Source: Candidatus Sysuimicrobiota bacterium | GTDB taxonomy: Bacteria > Sysuimicrobiota > Sysuimicrobiia > Sysuimicrobiales > Sysuimicrobiaceae | DNA: 35,579 nt | Assembly (NCBI GenBank): GCA_040289515.1 | Contig: PSLI01000021.1 | Span: 1 to 35,579 of the forward strand | Direction of reading: 5' to 3' | Shown: piece after piece, positions 7,875 through 16,882 of the stretch | Position numbering within the stretch: the first letter of the stretch is position 1 | How the letters are laid out: the number at the start of each line of letters is the position of its first letter | Made by a program: the position numbers and the translations under genes | The notes under the pieces: model-generated | What the model saw: the letters and a program-made list of their open reading frames with translations, nothing else | Database searches by the model: none | What the model was told of the DNA's origin: nothing

Positions 7875-8714
7875 ATGCGTCCCGTATGGAAGGGCCACAT
7901 CGCCTTCGGACTGGTTACCATCCCCGTGCGGCTGTACGTGGCCCAGGAGCCCAAGGACGTACATTTCCGCCAACTGCACGCGGCCTGCGGCACCCCCATC
8001 AAGCAGGTGCGGCGGTGCCCCAGATGCCAGCAGGACCTGGAGTGGAACGAGATCGTGCGGGGCTACGAGGTGGAGAAGGGACGGTTCGTACCTGTGACGG
8101 ACGAGGACGTGCAGGCAGTCCCCCTGCCCACCAAGGGCACCGTGGACCTGTACGGGTTCGTGCAGCTGCAGGAGATCGACCCCTTGTACTACGAGCGGGC
8201 CTACTACCTGGCCCCGGACACGGGCGGCGCCAAGGCCTTCAAGCTGCTGCAGGAGGCACTGGCGGGCTCCGGGCGGGTGGGCTTGGGCAAGGTGGCTCTG
8301 CTGGACAAGGAGCACCTCGTGGCCCTGCGGCCGTACCGGGAAACCCTCGTCCTGGAGGTCCTGTATTATCCGGACGAGATCCGGCCGATCTCGGAGCTCC
8401 CGGAGTTCCCCTTGCAAGTCCAGGTGCATCCCAACGAGCGCAGGATGGCGTTGCAGCTGGTGGAGAGCATGGCCATGGAGTTTCACCCGGACGAGTATCG
8501 GGACGACTATCGGGAGGCGCTCCTGCGGCTGATCCGGGCAAAGGCGGAGGGAGCGCCGCCGCCGGAGGCGGCGGCACCCCGCGAGGAGAAGGTGGTGGAT
8601 CTCATGGAGGCCCTGCGGCGGAGCCTGGAGATGGCAAAACAGAAGCGGGTCCGCCCTCAGGCTCCGGCGGCGGCGGGCAAGCGGGTGGCGGCCATGCGGG
8701 AACGCCACAAATGA
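7875..8714 (+). CDS. ku: Ku protein (bacterial NHEJ)
   Basis: Motifs MRPVWKGHIAFGLVTIPVRLY, IVRGYE, IDPLYYERAYYLAP, YPDEIR, FHPDEYRDDY and VVDLMEALRRSL, plus a basic C-terminal tail. Confidence 0.96.
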   Translation: MRPVWKGHIAFGLVTIPVRLYVAQEPKDVHFRQLHAACGTPIKQVRRCPRCQQDLEWNEIVRGYEVEKGRFVPVTDEDVQAVPLPTKGTVDLYGFVQLQEIDPLYYERAYYLAPDTGGAKAFKLLQEALAGSGRVGLGKVALLDKEHLVALRPYRETLVLEVLYYPDEIRPISELPEFPLQVQVHPNERRMALQLVESMAMEFHPDEYRDDYREALLRLIRAKAEGAPPPEAAAPREEKVVDLMEALRRSLEMAKQKRVRPQAPAAAGKRVAAMRERHK

Positions 8715-8743
8715 GCCGGGCCGTGGGGTCGGTGGGGTGACGG

Positions 8744-9446
8744 GTGCGGCGGCCGCGGGCGCTGGCGGGCAGCTCGAGGTTCGCGTTCCCCGAGTGGCGT
8801 GGAGGTTTTTACCCCGATAGCTGGCCGGAGAACCGCTTTCTCTCTTAACTACGCCACGTGCCTGCCCACCGTGGAGGTGAACGCCACCTTCTACCGTATG
8901 CCCGCGGAGTCCACCTTGCGCGCGTGGGCGGAGCAGACGCCGCGGCAATTCCGCTTCGCGGTCAAGGCGCACCGGCGCATCACGCACGTGCGGCGCCTGC
9001 GGGATGTGCGGAGGATGTGCGGTGGACCGCGGAACGGCTGCAGGTGCTCGGGGAACGGCTGGGCGCCGTGCTGTTCCAGTGCCCGCCGTCGTTGCCGCGA
9101 CCTGGAGCTGCTGGAGGACTTCCTGGCTAGCCTGCCCTCACTTCCGCGGGTCGCGGTGGAATTCCTCCACCCCACGTGGTTCCAGCCGGGCACGTACCGG
9201 CTGCTGACCCGGTACCGGGTGGCTCTGTGCGCTGCGGAGGACGGGGAGGGATCGGACCCGCTGGTCTGGACCGCACCCTTCGGCTACCTGCGGCTGCACC
9301 GGCTGCGGTACGGCCCCGAGGACCTGAGCGCGTGGGCGGCTCGACTGCGCGGGGCGACTGTGGGCGAGGTGTTCTGCTACTTCACCCACAAAACAGGCCC
9401 AGACGCGGTCAGGTTTGCCCGGGCCCTCATGGAACGCTGTGCCTGA
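8744..9446 (+). pseudogene. DUF72 family gene with three frameshifts
   Basis: Piece 1 (GSSRFAFPEWRGGFYP...FLS) ends at TAA 8846. Piece 2 reads YATCLPTVEVNATFYRMP...VKAHRRITH. After a shift at ~9008, piece 3 reads ERLGAVLFQCPPSL. After a shift at ~9095, piece 4 reads RDLELL...AVEFLHPTW...YLRLH...YFTH to stop 9446. Confidence 0.8.
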
Positions 9447-9461
9447 GACGTGGGAGGGGTC

Positions 9462-10406
9462 ATGGACGGGGTGGCGGGACTGCACCACATCACCTGCATC
9501 GCCGGGGATCCTCAGGGGAACGTGGACCTCTATGTGGGCGTGCTCGGGATGCGCCTGGTGAAGCGGACCGTGAACCAGGACGACCCCGGTACCTACCACC
9601 TGTTCTACGCGGACGCACAGGGAACCCCGGGGACGGACCTGACCTTTTTCCCATGGCCGCAGCTTCCACCCGCCCGGGAAGGGGTGGGTGTGGCCGTGGA
9701 GGTGGCGCTGGCGGTGGCACCCGGCAGCCTGGCCTTTTGGGAGGATCGGCTGGCCCGTCATGGTGTGCGCGTGGGCCGGGTGGAGGAGCGCTTCGGGGAG
9801 CTGTGCCTGCCCGTGTGGGACCCCCACGGGTTGCCCCTAGCCCTGGTAGAAGCGGAAGGCCGCTCCTTTGTGCCGTGGGCGCAAAGCCCGGTGCCGCCTG
9901 AGCGGCAGATACGGGGTCTGATTGGGGCGCGGGTGTGGGTGGCTTCCCTGCAGCCCACGGAGCGGTTTCTGGTGGAGGTGCTGAAGTTCCGCAGGGTTGG
10001 GGAGGAGGGCGGCTGGGTGCGGTTCGGTGCGGGGGAAGCCGCGGGTGTCAGCTGGCTGGACGTGCGGGCCCAGCCCGCCCCGGAGGGGCGGTGGGGTGTG
10101 GGTGGCGTGCACCACTTGGCGTGGCGCGTGCGGGACGAGGCGCACCAGGCCGCCCTCCGCCGCCAGGTGGCGGGGGCCGGGCGTGCGCCCACGCCCGTGG
10201 TGGACCGCTTTTGGTTCAAGTCCGTGTACTTCCGGGAGCCGGGGGGCGTGCTGTTCGAGCTGGCCACGGACGGGCCCGGCTTCGCGGTGGACGAGGACCC
10301 CGAACGACTCGGCACCTCCCTGGTGCTGCCTCCCTGGCTGGAGCTCTACCGCTCCCGCATCGAGGCGCAGCTTCCACCTCTGCGCGTCGTGCCCCCGAGT
10401 GGGTGA
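9462..10406 (+). CDS. Ring-cleaving dioxygenase / two-domain VOC (glyoxalase) protein, MhqO-like
   Basis: Motifs GLHHITCI, RLVKRTVNQDDPGTYHLFY, GTDLTFF, GGVHHLAWR and DRFWFKSVYFREPGGVLFELATDGPGF. SD GGAGG precedes ATG 9462. Confidence 0.92.
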   Translation: MDGVAGLHHITCIAGDPQGNVDLYVGVLGMRLVKRTVNQDDPGTYHLFYADAQGTPGTDLTFFPWPQLPPAREGVGVAVEVALAVAPGSLAFWEDRLARHGVRVGRVEERFGELCLPVWDPHGLPLALVEAEGRSFVPWAQSPVPPERQIRGLIGARVWVASLQPTERFLVEVLKFRRVGEEGGWVRFGAGEAAGVSWLDVRAQPAPEGRWGVGGVHHLAWRVRDEAHQAALRRQVAGAGRAPTPVVDRFWFKSVYFREPGGVLFELATDGPGFAVDEDPERLGTSLVLPPWLELYRSRIEAQLPPLRVVPPSG

Positions 10407-10427
10407 GCGGCCGCTAGACTGGAGTCT

Positions 10428-12947
10428 GTGGCCACCGCCTCGCTGGAAGCGTACCGTCGCAAGCGGGTCTTCCACCGCACCCCGGAACCGCTTGGGGAAC
10501 GGCCTGCGGGGTCTCGGTCGCTGCGGTTCGTGGTGCATGAACATCACGCCCGCAGGCTGCACTGGGATTTCCGGCTGGAGTTGGAGGGCGTGCTGCGGTC
10601 CTGGGCGGTGCCCAAGGGGCCGTCCCTGGACCCCGCGGTAAAGCGCCTGGCGGTGCTGGTAGAAGACCACCCCCTGGAGTACGCGGAGTTCGAGGGGGTG
10701 ATCCCGCCGGGTAACTACGGGGCCGGCACTGTGATGGTGTGGGACTTGGGCACGTACCGCTGCCGGGAGGGCGACCCCGCGGAGGCGTTCCGCAAAGGCA
10801 AGCTGACGCTGGTGCTGCGGGGTCAAAAGGTGCGTGGTGAGTTCCACCTGGTCCGAACCCGGCGACACGGCGGAAGGGACTGGCTGCTGTTCAAAGCCAA
10901 AGACGCCTATGCGGTGGCCGGCTACGACCCCCGGGGGACCCGTTCGGTTCTGACCGGCCGCACCGTGGAGCAGATCCGGCAGGAGGGCTCAGCTTCCCAG
11001 GACCCGCCACAGGATCCCTTCCCCGAGCCGTTCCCGCCCATGCTGGCAAGCAGCTTGCAAGAGGCGTTCGACGACCCCGCGTGGTACTTCGAGCCCAAGT
11101 GGGACGGGCTGCGGGCCCTGGCCTTCGTACGCCTGGGCGACGTGCGGCTGCTGAACCGGTCCTTGCGGCCCGTGCAGGATCGCTACCCGGAGCTGGCGGA
11201 GGCGCTTTCCACCCTGCCCCCGTGCGTGCTGGATGGGGAGGTGATCGCCCCCGACGAGCGCGGCCGCCCCGACTTTGCGCGACTGCAGGGGCGCATGCAC
11301 CTCACCGACCCCGAGGAGATCCGCCGGGCAGCCCAGGCGGTGCCCGTGCGGTACGTGGTGTTCGACGTACTGTACTGGGGCGGACGGGACCTGCGGGCGC
11401 GTCCGTTGGAACAGCGGCGACGGGTGCTGGAGGGGATCTCCCTGCCCCTACCCCTTTTGTGCGGGGAGTCGGTTCGCGGCGAAGGGGTAGCGCTGTTCGC
11501 GGCGGTGCGCGCGCTGGGTCTGGAGGGCGTGGTGGCCAAGCGCGCGGACTCGATATACCTTCCCGGGGTCCGTAGCGAGCGCTGGCGCAAGGTGAAGGCC
11601 CGGCAGACGGAGGAGGCGGTGGTGGTAGGCTTCACCCGGGGCCGCGGCCACCGCGAGGCGACCCTGGGAGCGCTGGTGCTGGCGCAGCGAGATGCTTCAG
11701 GCCGCTGGGTACACGTGGGGCAGGTGGGGGGCGGATTCACCGACGACGAGGTGCGGCAGCTCCGCCGGTTGCTAGAGCCTTTGACGGTGCCCCGGTGCCC
11801 GGTCCTGCCGGCCCCCGAGGTCCCCCGCGGTGTGCGGTGGGTGCGGCCCGACGTGGTGGTGGAGGTGGAGCACGCGGGCCGCACGCCTGAGGGCAAGCTC
11901 CGCTTTCCCGTGTTCCTGCGCGTGCGCGCGGACCGCCTCGCGGAGGAGGTGGGAACGCCGGAGGCCGTGCTGCCCTTTTCGTTCACACACCTGGACAAGG
12001 TGTACTTCCCCGAGCCCCGGCTCACCAAAGGAGACGTCGTGGCGTACTACCGCGCGCTGGCGCCGTGGATCCTCCCCCACCTGCAGGACCGGCCGCTCAC
12101 CCTGCGGAGGTTCCCGGAGGGGGTTGGGGGGCCCGACTTCTTCCAGAAGGACGTGCCTGACGCACCGCCTTTCGTGCGCACCGTGCGCGTGTGGTCCCAG
12201 CAGGGCCGCCGGGACGTCACCGCGGTGGTGTGCGGGGACGTAAAAACGCTTCTGTGGCTGGTGCAGATGGGCTGCATCGAGCTGCATGCGTGGTTCTCCC
12301 GCACCACCCCCGTGGCGGACGTGGAGGCGTCCACGGAGTTTGCGGGCTCGGAGGAGGCCCTGAAGCGCAGCGTGCTCAACTACCCCGACTTCGTGGTGTT
12401 CGACCTCGACCCGTTCCTGCTGCCCGAGGGGGAGGAGCTGCGGCGACGGGGCCGGGAGGTTGACCCCAACGACTCCCGGCCCGCCTTCGAGGCTGCGCGC
12501 CAGGCGGCCCTGTGGCTGGAGAAGACCCTGTCGGAGCTGGGGCTGCGCAGCTTCGTGAAGACCTCAGGCAAGACCGGCCTGCACGTGTTCGTGCCCATCC
12601 AGCGGCGGTACACCTACGCGCAGACCCATGCCTTCGCCAAGACGGTGTGTACCTGGTTGAGCCGCCAGTATCCGGAGGTCCTCACCGTGGCGTGGCGCGT
12701 GGGGGACCGGGTGGGCAAGGTGTTCCTCGACTACAACCAGAACGTGCGGGGGAAGACCCTCGCGGTGGCCTACAGCTTACGTGCCACACCACACGCCACC
12801 GTAAGCGTGCCGGTGACCTGGGAGGAGCTGCGGGCGGGGTTCGACCCGCTCCGGTGGAACGCGTCCACGGTACTGGAGCGGCTGAAGCGGGTGGGGGACC
12901 CTTGGCAGGACATTCTCTTTTGCGCGCAGCGGCTGCCGGGTGCGTGA
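10428..12947 (+). CDS. ligD: DNA ligase D (phosphoesterase-ligase-polymerase, PE-LIG-POL order)
   Basis: PE domain: HHARRLHWDFRLE, SWAVPKGPS, VEDHPLEY. LIG domain: EPKWDGLRA, LDGEVI, FDVLY, EGVVAK. POL domain: FDLDP, KTSGKTGLH, FLDYNQN, YSLRA. Confidence 0.96.
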   Translation: MATASLEAYRRKRVFHRTPEPLGERPAGSRSLRFVVHEHHARRLHWDFRLELEGVLRSWAVPKGPSLDPAVKRLAVLVEDHPLEYAEFEGVIPPGNYGAGTVMVWDLGTYRCREGDPAEAFRKGKLTLVLRGQKVRGEFHLVRTRRHGGRDWLLFKAKDAYAVAGYDPRGTRSVLTGRTVEQIRQEGSASQDPPQDPFPEPFPPMLASSLQEAFDDPAWYFEPKWDGLRALAFVRLGDVRLLNRSLRPVQDRYPELAEALSTLPPCVLDGEVIAPDERGRPDFARLQGRMHLTDPEEIRRAAQAVPVRYVVFDVLYWGGRDLRARPLEQRRRVLEGISLPLPLLCGESVRGEGVALFAAVRALGLEGVVAKRADSIYLPGVRSERWRKVKARQTEEAVVVGFTRGRGHREATLGALVLAQRDASGRWVHVGQVGGGFTDDEVRQLRRLLEPLTVPRCPVLPAPEVPRGVRWVRPDVVVEVEHAGRTPEGKLRFPVFLRVRADRLAEEVGTPEAVLPFSFTHLDKVYFPEPRLTKGDVVAYYRALAPWILPHLQDRPLTLRRFPEGVGGPDFFQKDVPDAPPFVRTVRVWSQQGRRDVTAVVCGDVKTLLWLVQMGCIELHAWFSRTTPVADVEASTEFAGSEEALKRSVLNYPDFVVFDLDPFLLPEGEELRRRGREVDPNDSRPAFEAARQAALWLEKTLSELGLRSFVKTSGKTGLHVFVPIQRRYTYAQTHAFAKTVCTWLSRQYPEVLTVAWRVGDRVGKVFLDYNQNVRGKTLAVAYSLRATPHATVSVPVTWEELRAGFDPLRWNASTVLERLKRVGDPWQDILFCAQRLPGA

Positions 12948-14932
12948 AGGTCGCAACCCTGGTCGGCTTGGGCTTCGCGCACGCAGCACCGCTGGCTCCA
13001 ACGCCGTTCTCAGAAGGTTGTGGGGCGCAATTGGCCCGCCTGGCGCAGCAACCCGGTCCGGACGGGATGCGCGCCGCCCTGCGGGCGGGTCGATGCGCCC
13101 TGGAGGAGGGCCGGGTGCGGGAAGCGGTGGCGCTGCTGGACCGCGCCGCCGTTCACCCCACCCTCCGGGCGTACGCCCTGCTGTGGGCGGCGCAGGCGGC
13201 ACGCGCGGCCCAGGACCCGGAAGGTGCCCGCAGGCGGTTGGCGCAGGTGCTGGCGCTGGACGTCCCCCAGGGCACACGCGCCGAGGTGCACCTGCAGCTG
13301 GGCGAGCTGCACCGGCAGAACCCTGCTTGGGCCGCTGTGCACGCCGGGTCGGCCCTGCAGGAGGCCGCGCACGACGAGCAGCGCGTCCGCGCCGGGCTTT
13401 TGCTGGCCCGCGCGCAGGAAGCGAGCGGCCGGGTTCGCGACGCGGTGGCGTCGTACACCATGGCTTGGTGGGCTTACCCAGGCACCCCTGGCTCCGACCA
13501 GGCTCAGCAGGACCTGTTGCGTCTTTTGGGGAGGTTGCCAGACCCCCCCGCGGAGGTTCGGGTTCAAAGGGCTAGGCGGCTGGTGGGGGCGCAAGCGCTG
13601 GCGGAGTGGCAGCTAGCCCTCCGGCGAGGTCTGCGGGGCCGTCCGGCCGCGGAGGCTCACCTGCGCATCGGTGCTTTACAGCTGGGCCGGCCGGAGGCGC
13701 TGGAGCATCTGAGGCGTGCGGCCTCGGGGGGCTACTGGGCGGAGGCGCGCTACTGGACAGGCGTGGCGCTGGCGCGCCTCGGGCGCGCTGAAGGCGCGGT
13801 GCGAGCCTGGACGGAGCTTGTCCAGCGTGCTACCCGGAGCCCGTGGGCCGCGCGGGCCATGTGGGCCCTCGCCTGGGAGGCGCACGGCCGGGGGGACCTG
13901 CTGGGTGCGGACAGGTGGTGGGCGCTTCTGGCCCTGCGCTTCCCCGCAAGCGCCCTCGCGGACCACGCCCGGTGGCAGCGAGGCTGGGTGCGCTACCGCA
14001 CGGGCCGCTACGCGGAGGCGGAGCGCCTGTGGCTTCAGGCGACCCGTGGCCTGAAAAGCCCTCTCGATCCGGGCAGGCTGTACTGGGCGGGTTTGAGCCG
14101 CCTGCGCCGGGGTCTGGACGGGAGGCCGCTGTGGCAGCGCCTGGCGGAGCAGGTGCCCCACAGCTACTACGGCCAGAGGGCCCGCGAACGGCTGGGCCTG
14201 CCTGCACCCCCACGGCCCCGCCCCGCGCAGCCCGTGGCGCTGCCGCTCCGCGGCTTCGCCCCCGCGGCGGTGGAGCTGGCGGCCCTGGGCTTCTACGAAG
14301 AAGCTACGGGGCAGGCCGAGCACGACCTCCGCCGCGTTTCTTCCCACCTTTTGCGCCGGGTGTGGAGCTGGTCGCGGGCACGTCTGCAGGACCACGCGGG
14401 GGCTGTGGAGGTGGCGGAACTCCTGGTAGCCCCCTGGCGTCCTGAAAGCGCATCCGAGGACGCGGGAGTGTGGCAGCTGAGCTACCCCCTTCCCTACCGC
14501 AGCCTGGTGGAGCGTTGGGCACGCCGGTACGGCCTGGACCCGCTCCTGGTACAGGCGGTGATGCGGGAGGAGAGCCGTTTCCGCCGCGATGCTGTCTCAC
14601 CCGCGGGGGCCGTCGGGCTCCTGCAGCTTTTGCCCTCCACCGCGGCCGGGCTGGACCCGCGCGTGAAGGTCGCACAGCTCGTGGACCCGGAGACCAACGT
14701 GCGGCTGGGCGTGGCGTATCTGGCGGCACAGCTGCAGCGCTTCAGGGGTGACCTGGTACTGGCCCTGGCTGCCTACAACGCGGGCCCCGGCGCGGCCGGG
14801 CGCTTTTTGCACCTCCGAACGGGGGAGGTGGACGAGTTCGTGGAGCGCATCCCGTATGGGGAGACCCGCGCGTACGTGAAGCGGGTTCTGGAATCCTACG
14901 GGATCTACCGCTGGCTGTACTCCGTGCGCTGA
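12944..14932 (+). CDS. TPR-repeat soluble lytic transglycosylase (Slt-like)
   Basis: GTG 12944 overlaps the ligD stop (GTGA). Helical repeats are followed by SLT motifs AVMREESRF (catalytic Glu), GAVGLLQL, ALAAYNAG and ETRAYV. Confidence 0.88.
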   Translation: MKVATLVGLGFAHAAPLAPTPFSEGCGAQLARLAQQPGPDGMRAALRAGRCALEEGRVREAVALLDRAAVHPTLRAYALLWAAQAARAAQDPEGARRRLAQVLALDVPQGTRAEVHLQLGELHRQNPAWAAVHAGSALQEAAHDEQRVRAGLLLARAQEASGRVRDAVASYTMAWWAYPGTPGSDQAQQDLLRLLGRLPDPPAEVRVQRARRLVGAQALAEWQLALRRGLRGRPAAEAHLRIGALQLGRPEALEHLRRAASGGYWAEARYWTGVALARLGRAEGAVRAWTELVQRATRSPWAARAMWALAWEAHGRGDLLGADRWWALLALRFPASALADHARWQRGWVRYRTGRYAEAERLWLQATRGLKSPLDPGRLYWAGLSRLRRGLDGRPLWQRLAEQVPHSYYGQRARERLGLPAPPRPRPAQPVALPLRGFAPAAVELAALGFYEEATGQAEHDLRRVSSHLLRRVWSWSRARLQDHAGAVEVAELLVAPWRPESASEDAGVWQLSYPLPYRSLVERWARRYGLDPLLVQAVMREESRFRRDAVSPAGAVGLLQLLPSTAAGLDPRVKVAQLVDPETNVRLGVAYLAAQLQRFRGDLVLALAAYNAGPGAAGRFLHLRTGEVDEFVERIPYGETRAYVKRVLESYGIYRWLYSVR

Positions 14933-16293
14933 GCCGCGGGGTCGCGCTCCAGGCAGACCAACGTCTCCACGTGATAGGTCTGCGGGAACAGGTCCAGGGG
15001 TTGCACTTCCCGGATGCGGTAGCCGAAGGCCACCAGCTCCCGCAGGTCCGCGGCCAGCGTGGTGGGGTTGCAGGAGACGTAGACCACCCGCCGGGGTCCG
15101 GCGCGGCCCACCGCGCGCATCACCTTCCCGCCGGTCCCCGAACGGGGTGGATCCAGCAGCACCACCTCCGGAGGGCCGTTGTGGCGCACCAGCTCGGGCA
15201 GCACCCGGTGCACCTCGCCCTGCAGGAACGCCACGTTGTGGATCCCCGCGCGGGAAGCGTTCTGGCGGGCCGACTCCACTGCGGAGGGCACCACCTCCAC
15301 TCCCCACACGAACTGGGCCCGGCGTGCCAGCGGCAGCGAGAACGTCCCTACGCCGCAGTACAGGTCCACCACCCGCTCGGTCCCCTCCAGGCGGGCTAGA
15401 TCCACGACCATGTGCACCATCCGCTCTGCCTGCTCTGTGTTGGTCTGGAAGAAGGTCTCCAGCCCCAGGCGAAAACGCAGGCCGGCCAGCTCCTCCTCGA
15501 TGGTGGGCTCGCCCCACAACACCTCCAGCCGATCCACCACCACCGCGTCGGACAGGGAGCCGGATTGCGCCCACAGCACCCCGCGTACTTCCGGGTGCTC
15601 CCGTACCAGGCGCCTGGCCAGCTCGGGGCCTTCGGGGAAGGGACCGGGCGCGGTGACGACCGCCAACAACACTTGCTGGGTGCGCGTCCCCTCCCGGTAG
15701 ACCAGATGGCGCAGCAGGCCCTGGCGGGTGCGGGGGTCGTAGCAGGTGAGGTTGCGCTCGCGGACGAAGGCCTTCACCTGCCGCAGAATGGCGCTCGCGA
15801 GGGGCGAGGGGAGCAGACATTCGTCGATCTCCAGGACGCGGTCGAAGTGCCCCGGCAGGTGCAGGCCCAGGATGGCCTCCGGGTGGAAGGCGAACTCCAT
15901 CTTGTTTCGGTAGCCGAAGGGCTTGGGTGCGGGGACAATCCGCCGGAGGGGGACGTCCCGCAGCCCGCCCAGGCGCTCCAGGCTCTCCCGCACGATCTGC
16001 TCCTTCGCCGCCAGCTGCGCCTGGTAACTCAGGTGCTGCCACGTGCAGCCCCCGCAGCGGCCGAAGTACGGGCACGGAGGCGTGACCCGATCCGGGGACG
16101 GCTCCAGGAGCTCCACCACCTCGGCCTCTGCGAAGGACCGCTTCGCCCGCACCAGGCGCGCCCGGATGCGGTCTTGCGGGGCCGTGTACGGGACGAACAC
16201 CACGTACCCGTCGGCCCTGGCCACGCCGCGGCCGCCGTAGGACAGGCGGTCCACCTGCAACTCCAGCTCCTGGCCCTTCCGGAACTCCGGCAT
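14905..16293 (-). CDS. rlmD: 23S rRNA (uracil-C5)-methyltransferase RlmD/RumA
   Basis: N-terminal TRAM domain, Fe-S motif CPYFGRCGGC, YRNKMEF, FFQTN, DLYCGVG, DPPRSG, YVSCNP and DLFPQT. Confidence 0.95.
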   Translation of the reverse strand: MPEFRKGQELELQVDRLSYGGRGVARADGYVVFVPYTAPQDRIRARLVRAKRSFAEAEVVELLEPSPDRVTPPCPYFGRCGGCTWQHLSYQAQLAAKEQIVRESLERLGGLRDVPLRRIVPAPKPFGYRNKMEFAFHPEAILGLHLPGHFDRVLEIDECLLPSPLASAILRQVKAFVRERNLTCYDPRTRQGLLRHLVYREGTRTQQVLLAVVTAPGPFPEGPELARRLVREHPEVRGVLWAQSGSLSDAVVVDRLEVLWGEPTIEEELAGLRFRLGLETFFQTNTEQAERMVHMVVDLARLEGTERVVDLYCGVGTFSLPLARRAQFVWGVEVVPSAVESARQNASRAGIHNVAFLQGEVHRVLPELVRHNGPPEVVLLDPPRSGTGGKVMRAVGRAGPRRVVYVSCNPTTLAADLRELVAFGYRIREVQPLDLFPQTYHVETLVCLERDPAAQRTEYSQR

Positions 16294-16301
16294 CTAACGG
16301 C

Positions 16302-16330
16302 AGGGTAGGGCTACCGCGGGGGCAGGGCAA
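16302..16330 (-). promoter_or_regulatory. Putative (near-)leaderless promoter of rlmD
   Basis: Minus-strand TTGCCC (16330-16325), 17-nt spacer, TACCCT (16307-16302), then 8 nt to the ATG. No SD present. Confidence 0.45.
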
Positions 16331-16351
16331 CCGCGAAATCTCAGTAGGGGC

Positions 16352-16882
16352 CTGCGCCGCGCCACCCGTGTGTGCGTACGCACCGGAGCGGGGATCTCCG
16401 CGGAGTCAGGCCTGCCCACCTTTCGCGGCGCAAAAGGCCTGTGGGGGGCTTCCGGCCCGGGGAGCTGGCCACGCCGCAGGTATACCCCCGTGCCCCCGAC
16501 GGGGTGTGGGCATGGTACGCGTGGCGACGCGAGCAGGCCTGCGCGACCCGTCCCAACCGCGCCCGCAAGCTTCTGGCGGAGCTGGAGCACGCAAAAGCGC
16601 ACTTCTTGCTGGTCACGCAGAACGTAGACGGCCTGCCGAGCGGGTGCCCGCGGAGACCCCCGAGCAGGCGGCCTTTGCATTTCGCACCGCGGAGGTGGCC
16701 CTCGCGGTGGTCACCAGCGGGGTGGTGGAGCCCGCGGCCTCCGTGGCCCACCTTGCCCGGGGGAGGTGAACCCCGAGCCGACGCCCCTGACGCAGTGGGT
16801 GCACCCTTCCCTGCGGGAGGCTGCCTCCCGGGGGCTTGAACAGCTGGAGCCGGCCGGGCAGCCGGACCGTGAGCGCGGCTAG
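16352..16882 (+). pseudogene. cobB: Sirtuin / NAD-dependent deacylase (CobB-like) remnant
   Basis: TGAGISAESGLPTFRGAKGLW, then a shifted frame with ELATP...VWAWYAWRR...PN...LVTQNVDGL, then another frame with VVTSGVVEPAAS, then EVNPEPTPLT to TAG 16882. The catalytic His/zinc-finger middle is deleted and there is no clear start. Confidence 0.85.

Noticed and set aside
8711..8746. In-frame TGA at 8738 upstream of the DUF72 pseudogene as possible Sec readthrough
   Set aside because: Not at a Cys-like position, no SECIS-like hairpin, and GTG 8744 gives a normal DUF72 N-terminus.
12512..12943. N-terminal extension of ORF 12512..14932
   Set aside because: It overlaps the ligD POL domain in another frame; the real start is GTG 12944.
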